Positions 1 through 8,486 of a stretch of 45,593 nucleotides of DNA are shown here, piece by piece. The notes beneath the pieces were generated by a model that was given only the letters and a program-made list of their open reading frames with translations, had not been told where the DNA came from and made no database searches. The translations under genes and the position numbers were made by a program. Numbering within the stretch: the stretch's first letter is position 1; each line of letters begins with the position of its first letter. The DNA comes from a virus (lineage: Duplodnaviria; Caudoviricetes): the IMG/VR virus record IMGVR_UViG_3300043580_000111, positions 1-45,593 of that record; one strand, written 5' to 3'.

Positions 1-706
1 CAACCCCCTCGCCGGCCTGCCGGAGTATCGCAACACGCTGGCCAGGATGTTGGAGACGGTGAACATCGCCGACATCTCGTCCTACTTCAAAGCCCTGCCG
101 CCCGACTTCGCCCCGCCGCCACAACCACCCCCGCCGCCCAATACCGACCTCATCCTCGCCGACGTGCAGAACAAGAAGACCAACGCCGACATCGAGAACA
201 CCCGGGCGGACCAGCAGACCAAACGCGCCTCTCTCCTCCTCGAGGACGATCGCGAGCGGGACAAATCCGCCCTCGATGCCTGGGTGAAGGCGTGGGTGGC
301 GGGGGCGGCGTCCGGCATGGTCGTCCCCTCTCTCGACGAGTTCAAAGCGGCCATGAAGTCCAACGCCCCGGCGGTTGGACTGCTGTCGGACCTCCCGCCG
401 CCCACCAGCCCCCAACCCCCGGCGGTTGGCGCGCCTCAACAGCAACAGAAGCCGCCTCAAGGCCCCCAGGGCATGCCGATGATGCCCCCTGGTCCTCCCC
501 GGCCGCCCATGATGCCCAACCCCCCTCAACGCCCCATGGCCCCGCCCCCAGGCCCCATCAACCCGGAAGCCGCCAACACCATTCGTCAGTCCCTGGCGAC
601 GGGCCGCTTACCGACAGCGTATGGACAACTGACCCAGCGGGCCTCCGCCTTTCCGCTCAACGGCCCCGGCGGACCGCCTTTACCATCGCCAGGAGGCAAC
701 CCATGA
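1..706 (+). CDS. Portal protein, C-terminal part (5'-truncated, allele A)
   Basis: Near-identical to the C-terminus of the complete portal ORF at 39040-41778 (LETVNIADISSYFKALPPDF..., Pro-rich tail). Confidence 0.9.
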   Translation, partial: NPLAGLPEYRNTLARMLETVNIADISSYFKALPPDFAPPPQPPPPPNTDLILADVQNKKTNADIENTRADQQTKRASLLLEDDRERDKSALDAWVKAWVAGAASGMVVPSLDEFKAAMKSNAPAVGLLSDLPPPTSPQPPAVGAPQQQQKPPQGPQGMPMMPPGPPRPPMMPNPPQRPMAPPPGPINPEAANTIRQSLATGRLPTAYGQLTQRASAFPLNGPGGPPLPSPGGNP

Positions 707-864
707 ACCTCGTCCTCCTCATCATCATCCTGCTGCTGCTCTTCGGCGGCCTCGGCGGCGGGTATTACGCCCACAACATCTACGGCGGCTGGTATGGCCC
801 CGGTATTGGCATCGGCGCGATTCTGCTGATCATCCTGTTGTTCGTTTTACTGCGCGGTTACTGA
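703..864 (+). CDS. Small two-TM membrane protein, DUF3309-like (53 aa)
   Basis: ATG 703 overlaps the portal stop (ATGA), with AGGAGG upstream; MNLVLLIIILLLLFGG...GWYGPGIGIGAILLIILLFVLLRGY resembles DUF3309; near-identical copy at 42610. Confidence 0.75.
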   Translation: MNLVLLIIILLLLFGGLGGGYYAHNIYGGWYGPGIGIGAILLIILLFVLLRGY

Positions 865-866
865 TC

Positions 867-1124
867 ATGGCCGGTATGAAGCCCCCGCGCGGTCTCCTTT
901 CCCCCGTCGTCGATGACGCGGACTGGGAGGAGCGAATGGATGCGAAACGCCCCTACGCCGGGAATACTGATCAGGACATGATCGCTTATCCACCCGGTTA
1001 TCCCGGTTACGGGATGCCGGAAGCACTGGAGGAGAATCTGCCTCAGATGCCGGGATATCCCGTGGAGGGCACGCTTCCGGTCAGTCTCCGAAAGGCCCTC
1101 CGCACCCTCGGGGCCAGAAGATGA
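867..1124 (+). CDS. Hypothetical protein, homolog of 42347-42613
   Basis: Tight operon spacing; shares GLL and YPVEG(T/A)LPV motifs with the allele B protein. Confidence 0.7.
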   Translation: MAGMKPPRGLLSPVVDDADWEERMDAKRPYAGNTDQDMIAYPPGYPGYGMPEALEENLPQMPGYPVEGTLPVSLRKALRTLGARR

Positions 1125-1378
1125 CACTCTCCGCCGAGCGCCTCATCCAGTGCGAGGCGGCGAAACGCTTCATCGCCGATCCGCACTTCAACGCCCTGCT
1201 GGACCGTATCGCCGAGGACGCGACCCGTAACGCGATATTCCTCGAGGACGCCTCCAACCGCGAGGCCAGCCGTCAGTTGATCCTGGCGATCAAACGGGTC
1301 TGGGAGGAACTCCAGGCCGACGCCGAGGCCCCCGAGGCCGACGCGGCGGCGACCCTTCATTCCCAGAGCATGGAGTAA
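1121..1378 (+). CDS. Conserved small phage protein downstream of portal
   Basis: ATGA overlap; protein conserved in allele B (42775-43032) with synonymous changes. Confidence 0.8.
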   Translation: MTLSAERLIQCEAAKRFIADPHFNALLDRIAEDATRNAIFLEDASNREASRQLILAIKRVWEELQADAEAPEADAAATLHSQSME

Positions 1379-1381
1379 GCC

Positions 1382-2458
1382 ATGGCCTCTCTGCTGCTTC
1401 CCGACGACGACCCCTCGGCCCCCGCCCCGCTGCTCCAGTTGCCCGACGAGCGGCCGCCGTCCCTCCAGCCGGACCCGCGCGCCGATGCCCTTGGCCAGAC
1501 CTACCGGGACATCACCGACTACATGGCCCAACAGCACCAAAAGGGGGTCGATGAAGGTTACTGGGCCGGCGGCGGCCTGCTGGAAGGTGGCCATCCCACA
1601 TTGAAGGCGTTCAACAGCGCGGTAGACTCCTATGCCCAGGGACTACAGGCGGGGACACTGAAAGGCCCTGGACCCTTCACGACGTATCAAGGCTCACCGC
1701 ACAAATTCGCGCCGACGCCGAAGAACCCACTGGGTGAGTTCTCCAACACCAAAATTGGCTCCGGCACGGGCGGACAGTCCGAGGGGATGGGTCATTACAC
1801 CGCCGAGAACGAGGCGGTGGCGCAACATTATCGTAAACTGCTGGCTGGTCCTCGCGCCGATTACGTCGGTGAAATCGCGCCGGAGTTCAAAGCCGTCCTG
1901 AAGGCCGAGGATTACCTTGGCTTCGACACGCCAGGGCAGGCCATCACCGCGATGCGGACACATCCCGACTGGGCGACCCGTTGGGACCCCGTGAACCCAG
2001 GCGCCCTCAAGGCGGGCCTGGAGGCCCATGACGCGGCGAAGTATGCCGGCCAGGGGCACATGTATGAAGTGAAGATAAACGCTGATCCCGACCACTATTT
2101 GTCATGGGATACGCCGCTCGGTCGTCAGTCCGATACTGTCATTGATGCGTTCAAACGGAACTTCAATATTCCTTCCGAGGCGTCCTTGCCTCCAAAACTC
2201 GCGGATATGACGGGAAAAGAAATATACCGGGCGATGGAAAGAAGTGTCGGTAAAGAACAGGCGGCGAAAGTCATGCAAGAGAAGTATGGCCTCCCTGGCG
2301 TGAAATACCTCGATGCTTCTTCCCGCGCTCAGGGCGAAGGCACGGAAAACTACGTCACCTTTGATCCCGCTAAAATGGAAATCATCAGACGCTACGGCCT
2401 CGCCGGCCTGATGCTGGGCGGCGGCGGTCTCCTCTCACCCGACAAACAAGAGCAATAA
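1382..2458 (+). CDS. Putative virion-associated protein with an ADP-ribosyltransferase-like (polyvalent-protein type) domain, allele A
   Basis: Motifs TYQGSPHKF...KIGSGTGGQSEGMGHYTAENEAVAQHY...GHMYEVKI...LPGVKYLD...NYVTFDP match the YHGSPH/GxGxYxAE/NYVxFD pattern of ART-like domains in phage polyvalent proteins. Confidence 0.6.
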   Translation: MASLLLPDDDPSAPAPLLQLPDERPPSLQPDPRADALGQTYRDITDYMAQQHQKGVDEGYWAGGGLLEGGHPTLKAFNSAVDSYAQGLQAGTLKGPGPFTTYQGSPHKFAPTPKNPLGEFSNTKIGSGTGGQSEGMGHYTAENEAVAQHYRKLLAGPRADYVGEIAPEFKAVLKAEDYLGFDTPGQAITAMRTHPDWATRWDPVNPGALKAGLEAHDAAKYAGQGHMYEVKINADPDHYLSWDTPLGRQSDTVIDAFKRNFNIPSEASLPPKLADMTGKEIYRAMERSVGKEQAAKVMQEKYGLPGVKYLDASSRAQGEGTENYVTFDPAKMEIIRRYGLAGLMLGGGGLLSPDKQEQ

Positions 2459-2460
2459 CC

Positions 2461-3633
2461 ATGTCCGAATCAACTTCCACCCCCTCCGCCCCCGCCCCTT
2501 CTTCCACGCCCGCCTCCGCGCCAGCCCCCAACGCTGCCCCAACAGCCCCTTCCTCCGATCCCGGCGTATCGCCGCCGGCGAATGACCGCCCGCCGATCTC
2601 CGTCTCCGAGGCGGCACGCCTGCTGTCGCGCCAGCGGCGCGAAGGCGCGCCCCCTCCGCCGCCAGCCACGGCCCCCGAGAGGCGTCCACCGGCGGCGGAA
2701 CTGGCGAAAACACCACCTCCGGCGGTCCCGACGCCCCAAACCACGCCAACACCGGCCCCCTCGCCACTCAGCGCGATGGAAAAGGCCCTTGGCGTGCCTC
2801 CAACGGCCCCTCCATCGCAAGAGTCCACACCTCAGACCCCTCCAGCCTCCGTTGACGGCCCGTTACCTGGTGAAATCGAGATCGAGGGCCGTAAATTGCG
2901 GACCATGGCGGAGTTGCGGAAGTACGCCGCCGATAAATCGGCTGATTACACCGTTAAATCGCAGGAACTGGCGACGGAAAGGCAGGCACTGGCGGCCGAA
3001 CGCCAGCAGATGCGGGCTCAGCAACAGGCGTTGGCCGAAGTCCTTCCTCATATCCAGCCGGAACTGCTGCGCCTTCAGGAAATGGTCCAGAATCCGCCCC
3101 AGCCGCCTGATCCATCCCTGATCGAGACCAATCAGCAGCAGTATCTGCGCGAGCGCGCCCAGTATGAGCACGCCCTGGCCGAGCAGCAGCGGCTGTTCAG
3201 TCTCAATAACCTCCAGAGCGCCGCTCAGCAGCGGGCGCTGGAGCAGCAGGTCGCCGTCGCCAATGAGCAACTGGCGAAGGAACTGCCGTTCTGGGCCGAC
3301 CCCCAGCAGCGGCTGGAGGCGCAGCAGCAGATCGTCGAATGGGCGACATCCAAGGGTGGTTTCAGTCGTGACGAACTACGTGGTCTGTCATCACCACATC
3401 ATCTCAAGACCATGATGAAGGCGGCGATGTTCGATCGCTGGGTGGAGGGCGCGAAAACCTCCGCGCCGCCGTCATCCTCTGTCCCCGCGCGTGGCGTGGC
3501 CCCGCCGCCCGCGCCCTCGGAGCGCATCGCCGCCGCCACCGAGGCGTTCCAGGCCCGCCCCGATGCCCGTAGTGGCGCGGCCCTGATCGCGGCGCGCCGG
3601 GCGGCGATGAATGGTAATGGCTCCGCGCGTTAA
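2461..3633 (+). CDS. Capsid scaffolding protein
   Basis: Directly upstream of the major capsid gene; Pro-rich N-terminus, ADYTVKSQELA motif and Q/E-rich coiled coil typical of podovirus scaffolds. Confidence 0.8.
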   Translation: MSESTSTPSAPAPSSTPASAPAPNAAPTAPSSDPGVSPPANDRPPISVSEAARLLSRQRREGAPPPPPATAPERRPPAAELAKTPPPAVPTPQTTPTPAPSPLSAMEKALGVPPTAPPSQESTPQTPPASVDGPLPGEIEIEGRKLRTMAELRKYAADKSADYTVKSQELATERQALAAERQQMRAQQQALAEVLPHIQPELLRLQEMVQNPPQPPDPSLIETNQQQYLRERAQYEHALAEQQRLFSLNNLQSAAQQRALEQQVAVANEQLAKELPFWADPQQRLEAQQQIVEWATSKGGFSRDELRGLSSPHHLKTMMKAAMFDRWVEGAKTSAPPSSSVPARGVAPPPAPSERIAAATEAFQARPDARSGAALIAARRAAMNGNGSAR

Positions 3634-3636
3634 CCC

Positions 3637-3666
3637 TGGACAACCCGTCCATCTCGTCTCAATAAT
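3637..3666 (+). promoter_or_regulatory. Possible sigma70-type promoter for the capsid gene
   Basis: TGGACA-N18-AATAAT right after the scaffold stop; imperfect match. Confidence 0.3.
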
Positions 3667-3670
3667 CCGC

Positions 3671-3868
3671 CGTCGCTCAATGGAGTGCGAAAGCACCCAC
3701 CGGAGAGTGGGCCGTGCCGTCGTCAGAGGCCCTTCCCGCCCCGTGGAGTGAGCGATCACCCACCACGCCAGGCGTGTCGAGACCAACGCGAAACCAACCT
3801 CTCATCATCGGTTTCACCGCGCGAGCGGCTCCACGTGGAGCGTCGCGCCAGCGTTGGAGACATGCGAC
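3671..3868 (+). ncRNA. Candidate structured leader RNA upstream of the major capsid gene
   Basis: tcgctca/tgagcga closing stem, gtgc-GAAA-gcac tetraloop hairpin, gaaacc/ggtttc stem and perfect palindrome gctccacgtggagc within a 235-nt intergenic gap. Confidence 0.35.
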
Positions 3869-4852
3869 ATGGCCTTAGGAACAATGGGCGCTGCGCCTGC
3901 GAACACGTATTTAGAGCCGGCCGCCATTGGGGTGAAGGAAGATCTCCGCGACGTGATCTTCCAGATCGATCCCGACGAGACACCTCTGGTCTCGGCGATC
4001 CCCAGTGTGGAAGCGAAACAAATCCTCACCGAGTGGGTCGTCCAGGAACTTGGGGTCGTGGCCGATAACGCCCAGCCCGAGGGCTTCACCGCCAGTATGC
4101 AGGCGGTCACCAAGCCCGTCCGCATGAACAACATCGCCCAGATCCTCGTCCGCACGGTGGGCGTGTCCAACACGCTGCGCTCGGTCGATATGGTCGGCGG
4201 CGAGGACGAATATGACAGGCAGCTGATCCTGCGCGGGATGGAAGTGAAGCGCGATCTCGAGTTCGCCATCACGTCGCCGCTGGTCCGCACCATCACCGAT
4301 CCGCGTCACATGAGTGGTCTGCCCTGTTATTGCGCCAACGGCTCCAGAGGCACTGGCGCGGGTGTGATGCCGGTCGGCGATGGGTCCAACGCGGGCACGC
4401 CGGGCACCAAGCGCGACCTCACGCTGGCGATGCTCGACGCCGCCGTGCAGCAGGCGTGGCAGGCCGGCGGCAAGCCGACGCTCGGCATCATGTCCGGTAA
4501 CATCAAGGCGTATTTCGCTACCCTCAGCCAGGGTGGCACGGGCAACGCGGTGGTGGCGCAAAACATACAAAATGTTACGTCATCGCAAGAAGTAACCATC
4601 ATGGGCGCGGTCGATGTCTATCGCACCAACTTCGGAACGATCCAGCTGGCGCCTGATCGTTTCTGTCCCGCCAACCAGATCCTGCTGGTCTCCACCGACT
4701 ACGTGGAACTGGCGCCACTACCTGGACGCGATGTCATAGAGCTTGATTTCGCCAAGACCGGAGACAACACCCAGGGCGCCGTTTTGTTCGAGGGATCTCT
4801 TCGTCCGACCGCGCCAAAAGCGCACGCCTGGATCGCGGATCTCAACCAGTAA
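3869..4852 (+). CDS. Major capsid protein (DUF5309/SU10-like, HK97 fold)
   Basis: GVKEDLRDVIFQIDPDETPL, EW..QEL, RDLEFA, VDVYRTNFG and AKTGD motifs; about 327 aa; GGAG upstream of ATG 3869 (alternative ATG 3884). Confidence 0.88.
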   Translation: MALGTMGAAPANTYLEPAAIGVKEDLRDVIFQIDPDETPLVSAIPSVEAKQILTEWVVQELGVVADNAQPEGFTASMQAVTKPVRMNNIAQILVRTVGVSNTLRSVDMVGGEDEYDRQLILRGMEVKRDLEFAITSPLVRTITDPRHMSGLPCYCANGSRGTGAGVMPVGDGSNAGTPGTKRDLTLAMLDAAVQQAWQAGGKPTLGIMSGNIKAYFATLSQGGTGNAVVAQNIQNVTSSQEVTIMGAVDVYRTNFGTIQLAPDRFCPANQILLVSTDYVELAPLPGRDVIELDFAKTGDNTQGAVLFEGSLRPTAPKAHAWIADLNQ

Positions 4853-5160
4853 TGAGCGCCCTTCTCTACGAGAGCTTTGACCCTGTCACGCTCCGCCACA
4901 CCGAGGTGGAGCGGGAGGACGGCGGGCTGTTGTTCGTCCACAGCCAGGATACCAAAGCGATCACCGAGAGCGCCAAGACGATCGCCGCGAACTTCGACCC
5001 CCACGTCAGGCGCGATACCGTCCACGTCGCCCGCATCCCGCTGGTGATCTGGAACCGCCTGAAGAAACTGGGGATTACCAGTGATGAGAAGGCGCTGAAC
5101 GCCTGGTTGAACGACCCGGACAACAGCGTCTTCCGAACCGATGATCGGAGCACCCTCTGA
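4852..5160 (+). CDS. Conserved hypothetical phage protein after capsid
   Basis: TAATG coupling; HVARIP...WLNDPDNSVFRT motif often seen after capsid genes of this type. Confidence 0.75.
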   Translation: MSALLYESFDPVTLRHTEVEREDGGLLFVHSQDTKAITESAKTIAANFDPHVRRDTVHVARIPLVIWNRLKKLGITSDEKALNAWLNDPDNSVFRTDDRSTL

Positions 5161-5161
5161 A

Positions 5162-5779
5162 ATGGCCAGCGGAACCTCGACCACCACACCACCCCCGGCG
5201 CCGATGCGGCGCACACCGGGGATCGGCCCTGACGCCGCCACCACTCCCAACATGAACCGCGGCAGCATCATGCCGCCCGGCAGCACGGCGGGCGTCGGCA
5301 CGGTGCCGCTCGCGGGCATCGGGATGCTGCCCGGCACCGAGGACGGCATGACCGAGATCAAACCCCTCGGCCCGTTGAAACCCGTCCTGGTCGATGGCTT
5401 CGACCGCTCCCTCCTGGGCAAGCTCTACCCTGATGCCGATGACCCGGTGGCCGCCGCGATGGCGGCGGCGGAGGAGCGGATCCGGGTGGGGACGATCGCC
5501 GAGGAGTCTCTCCACCAGCCTTTCCACACCGCCGATGGCGTCCAGGCGCCAGGCAATCCGGTGTTCGATCCGACCCCGCCCGCGGACGCGACCGCGCGTG
5601 GCGCGGGTCAACATCGCCCGGCCCCCGGCGAGAACGACCCGCCGGTCTCGCGCGAGGGCGTCACTCACCAGGCGGGCGTGCATCCCGCCCCGCAGCAGTC
5701 CACCTCGACCACGCCACCACGCGGCCAGCACGACGATGACGACGACAAGAAGCACGACAAGAAGAACGACAAGAAGTAG
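5162..5779 (+). CDS. Pro-rich, probably disordered hypothetical protein
   Basis: Fills the gap between neighbours exactly; charged tail DDDDDKKHDKKNDKK. Confidence 0.65.
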   Translation: MASGTSTTTPPPAPMRRTPGIGPDAATTPNMNRGSIMPPGSTAGVGTVPLAGIGMLPGTEDGMTEIKPLGPLKPVLVDGFDRSLLGKLYPDADDPVAAAMAAAEERIRVGTIAEESLHQPFHTADGVQAPGNPVFDPTPPADATARGAGQHRPAPGENDPPVSREGVTHQAGVHPAPQQSTSTTPPRGQHDDDDDKKHDKKNDKK

Positions 5780-6448
5780 GTGGCTTCTTATCAGCAACTC
5801 ATCGACGATGTTCAGAACTGGCTGAATCGAAGAGATTTGGCCAGCCTGATCCCTGGCTGGGTGCTGATGGTCGAAACGGAAATCGCCGAGACCTTGCGGG
5901 CGCGCTGCATGGTCACCTTCGGTGAGCAGGACATCGACGCCGCCGAGATCACGCTTCCCGATGACTTCGCCCAGATGGAATCGATCAGGGACGCCACCTC
6001 GGGCGAGCTGCTGAAGCTGAAAGACGAGTGGAGCGGTCACTGGGTGGGGCGACAGTCCAGCGCCTGGCAAGAGGGCGCGGTCGTAGGGGCTGTTGGACAG
6101 GTCTGCACCGCGTATCGGCTGAAGGGGAACTGCATCGAATTCCTGCCTCACCCGATCATCCCCAATCCGCCTGACCCGACGCATCTTTGGCAGCAGGTCA
6201 TCATGGGCTGGTACGCGAAGCCAAAGCACCTGGATCTGCCGTCCGACACCAACACGGTCCTGGAAGCCCTCTACGGCGTCTACCTGTTCGGTCTTTGTAA
6301 GTATGGCGCCATGTTCGAACTGGACGACGATCGCGCGGCCCAGGCGGATGCTCAATTCCAGCAGGTGGTGACGCGGGCCAACCTCTGGAAACAACAATCG
6401 GACTACGGTGGAGCCCCGCTTAGGTCTGAACTGGTATCGTTTGGATGA
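5780..6448 (+). CDS. Head-tail adaptor protein
   Basis: SYQQLIDDVQNWLNRRDL..IPGWVLMVETEI...LPDDF...VYLFGL pattern of podovirus adaptors; fitting position. Confidence 0.75.
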   Translation: MASYQQLIDDVQNWLNRRDLASLIPGWVLMVETEIAETLRARCMVTFGEQDIDAAEITLPDDFAQMESIRDATSGELLKLKDEWSGHWVGRQSSAWQEGAVVGAVGQVCTAYRLKGNCIEFLPHPIIPNPPDPTHLWQQVIMGWYAKPKHLDLPSDTNTVLEALYGVYLFGLCKYGAMFELDDDRAAQADAQFQQVVTRANLWKQQSDYGGAPLRSELVSFG

Positions 6449-7854
6449 GCTTCGTCGTTCATCGCGTCTCTAAAAGCGCCGCGCGTTACACCGACGCGGG
6501 GGGTAGGGAGAAATGCGGCTACTGCCGCTTCTTTATCGCCCCTCGCACCTGCGGCAAGGTCATCGGCCCGGTCAGTCCCCAGGGTTGGTGCAAGTATTTC
6601 AGCCGTCAGGTAGCTCAACAATACAGCGGCGCCGGCATCACGGGCGGCGGCGGCCCCCCTGGCGCCACGCTGTCGCTCGATTTCATGTCATCCGGCAACA
6701 TGCCGCCCGGCATCACGTTCACCCGCGCGAGCAGCGCGACATACACCGACGCCTCCGGCGTGATCCAGACGGCGGCGGCCAATCAGCCTCGCTGGGATTA
6801 CGCGGGCGGATCGTTACGTGGGCTGCTGATCGAGGAAGCGCGGACGAACCTGATCGTCAGCAGCGTGGACTTTAGCGGGTTCGGTTGGTCTTTGGTCGCG
6901 GCGACGATCGCGGCGGGGCAAGCGGGCGCACCGGACGGCACATCGACGTTTACCCGTCTGATCGAGACCTCGGCCAATTCCGTGCATTACGTCGGCATTC
7001 CCATAGCGACCCTCGCGGCATCCACGCTTTACACGTTGTCGGTTTACGCGAAAGCGCAGCAGAGTCGTTATTTACAACTGGCGGTCAGAGACGGCGGCGG
7101 CACGAATGGTGCGTTCGCGACGTTCGACGTGCTGGGTGGAACGATCACGGGGCCGCTCACCGCCATCGCCGGCGGCGTGATCGGCACGGCGAGTATCCAA
7201 CCTGTCGGCAACGGTGTGTTTCGTTGTTCCATGGCGACAACGGTCGGGGCGCTGACGACGGGTAGTGTGCTGCTGCTGCTTTCCAATACGCCCACTCCGG
7301 CGTTCGCGCCCGGCTACGTCGGCAACGCCTCGAACGGGTTGCAGATATGGGGGGCGCAACTCGAGCAGGGGTCGGTCGTTTCGACCTACACCCCAACGGG
7401 TGGAACGGCCGCGACGCGAGCGGCCGAGGTCTGCTATCTGCCCATCGGGCCGTGGTATAATTCCGCTGCTTATTCGCTGTTCGCCGAGTGCGTGGCGGGG
7501 GCCAACATCAACAGCATGATCGCCGGTATTGGCGACGCCACGCCCGCCAACGGCTTTTACATGATCGGCAATGGCGCGCTGCGGTTCGGTGTCGGTCTGG
7601 CCGCCAGTCCCGCCATGACGCCCGGAGCGGTCAGCAAGATTTGCGGCACTGTCACGCCGGCGCAGGTGCGTTGCTGCATCAACGGCGCGGCGATCGGCAC
7701 GGCGGGCAGCGCGGCGGCACAGACAACGGCGACGCGCCTGTCCATTGGGGGTTCGCCATGGGCGGGCGATGCTCAGATTAACGCGCACCTGCGCCGCATC
7801 GGATTTTGGACGCGCGTGTTGTCCGACACTGAAATTCAGCAGGTGACGACATGA
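6445..7854 (+). CDS. Virion head-spike/fibre protein with an N-terminal HiPIP-like 4-Cys domain and lectin (LamG/ConA-like) domains
   Basis: Residues 10-52 KSAARYTD...CGYCRFF...TCGKVIGPVSPQGWCKYF; Gly linker; TFTRASSATY...PRWDY...GLLIEEARTNL fibre motif; QIWGAQLEQG; C-terminal HLRRIGFWTRVLSDTEIQ typical of LamG-like ends. Confidence 0.8.
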   Translation: MSFVVHRVSKSAARYTDAGGREKCGYCRFFIAPRTCGKVIGPVSPQGWCKYFSRQVAQQYSGAGITGGGGPPGATLSLDFMSSGNMPPGITFTRASSATYTDASGVIQTAAANQPRWDYAGGSLRGLLIEEARTNLIVSSVDFSGFGWSLVAATIAAGQAGAPDGTSTFTRLIETSANSVHYVGIPIATLAASTLYTLSVYAKAQQSRYLQLAVRDGGGTNGAFATFDVLGGTITGPLTAIAGGVIGTASIQPVGNGVFRCSMATTVGALTTGSVLLLLSNTPTPAFAPGYVGNASNGLQIWGAQLEQGSVVSTYTPTGGTAATRAAEVCYLPIGPWYNSAAYSLFAECVAGANINSMIAGIGDATPANGFYMIGNGALRFGVGLAASPAMTPGAVSKICGTVTPAQVRCCINGAAIGTAGSAAAQTTATRLSIGGSPWAGDAQINAHLRRIGFWTRVLSDTEIQQVTT

Positions 7855-7859
7855 CCGGA

Positions 7860-8411
7860 TCATTCTTGGCGATGAAAGGGGCTAAACTCTCCGTGGATGC
7901 GGGTCGAGGCTTCGCGATAGGCGGCGTGGGCTTCCTCAGCGGTATCGAATGTGCCGAGAAAACGTTTTCCCCCCGCGTGATCTCGGATCATCGCAATAAA
8001 CCGCCGGTTGCGGCTTTTGGTTACGCCAACAAGACCGGAAACTCCGACTTTCTTAATCATATTCCTGTTGTTCTGGAGCATGGTTACCGACCGTATATTT
8101 TCCAACGTGTTGTTCGTTCTGTCGCGATCTTTGTGGTCGATCCATTCAGGATCGATCCCATGGTGCATTTTGTAAATAATGCGGGAGACATAAAAACGGC
8201 GGTTTTGAAGGCATACCTGCCAGTAGCCTTTTACAGTCAACCGTCCAGCAATGTGACCCGCCCACTTCCCGTTCCACGACATGAAATTTTGGAGGCTTGT
8301 GAAGTGCTCGCGCGGCCGACGACGCCAGCGAAGTTCGCCGGTAGCGGATTCATATTCAAAGCACTGGTGGAGATACTCCGCCGATGGCAGGGTAATCAAA
8401 GCCTTGGGCAT
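7860..8411 (-). CDS. HNH endonuclease with C-terminal AP2 DNA-binding domain (putative homing endonuclease)
   Basis: IDHKDRDRTNNTLENIR HNH motif; SGLVGV...FLGTFDTAEEAHAAY AP2 motif; lower GC; antisense within the structural operon. Confidence 0.9.
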   Translation of the reverse strand: MPKALITLPSAEYLHQCFEYESATGELRWRRRPREHFTSLQNFMSWNGKWAGHIAGRLTVKGYWQVCLQNRRFYVSRIIYKMHHGIDPEWIDHKDRDRTNNTLENIRSVTMLQNNRNMIKKVGVSGLVGVTKSRNRRFIAMIRDHAGGKRFLGTFDTAEEAHAAYREASTRIHGEFSPFHRQE

Positions 8412-8435
8412 GGGTCATATCCTTGCTTTTGGTCA

Positions 8436-8470
8436 GGATGCGTGAGGGCGTTCGCAGCGCCCTCCGCACC
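8436..8470. other. Stem-loop upstream of the HNH-AP2 gene
   Basis: tgcg(t)gagggcg-ttcgcag-cgccctccgca inverted repeat. Confidence 0.5.
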
Positions 8471-8486
8471 CGCTGGAGTGTAGCAC

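Larger units (their letters stand above)
1..3220 (+). repeat. Imperfect direct repeat, copy A (portal C-terminus to mid-scaffold); partner at 41076-45593
   Basis: Window start caaccccctcgccggcctgccggagtatcgc matches caatcccctcgtcggcctgccggagtatcgc at 41076; window end ...aataacctccagagcg matches the sequence ending at 3220. The copies differ by many SNPs, indels and gene content. Confidence 0.93.

Noticed and set aside
1382-2458. Diversity-generating retroelement template/variable pair
   Set aside because: No reverse transcriptase is present and the differences are not adenine-specific.
1-3220. Exact terminal repeat (DTR) or simple circular overlap
   Set aside because: The copies differ in sequence, gene content and gene order.
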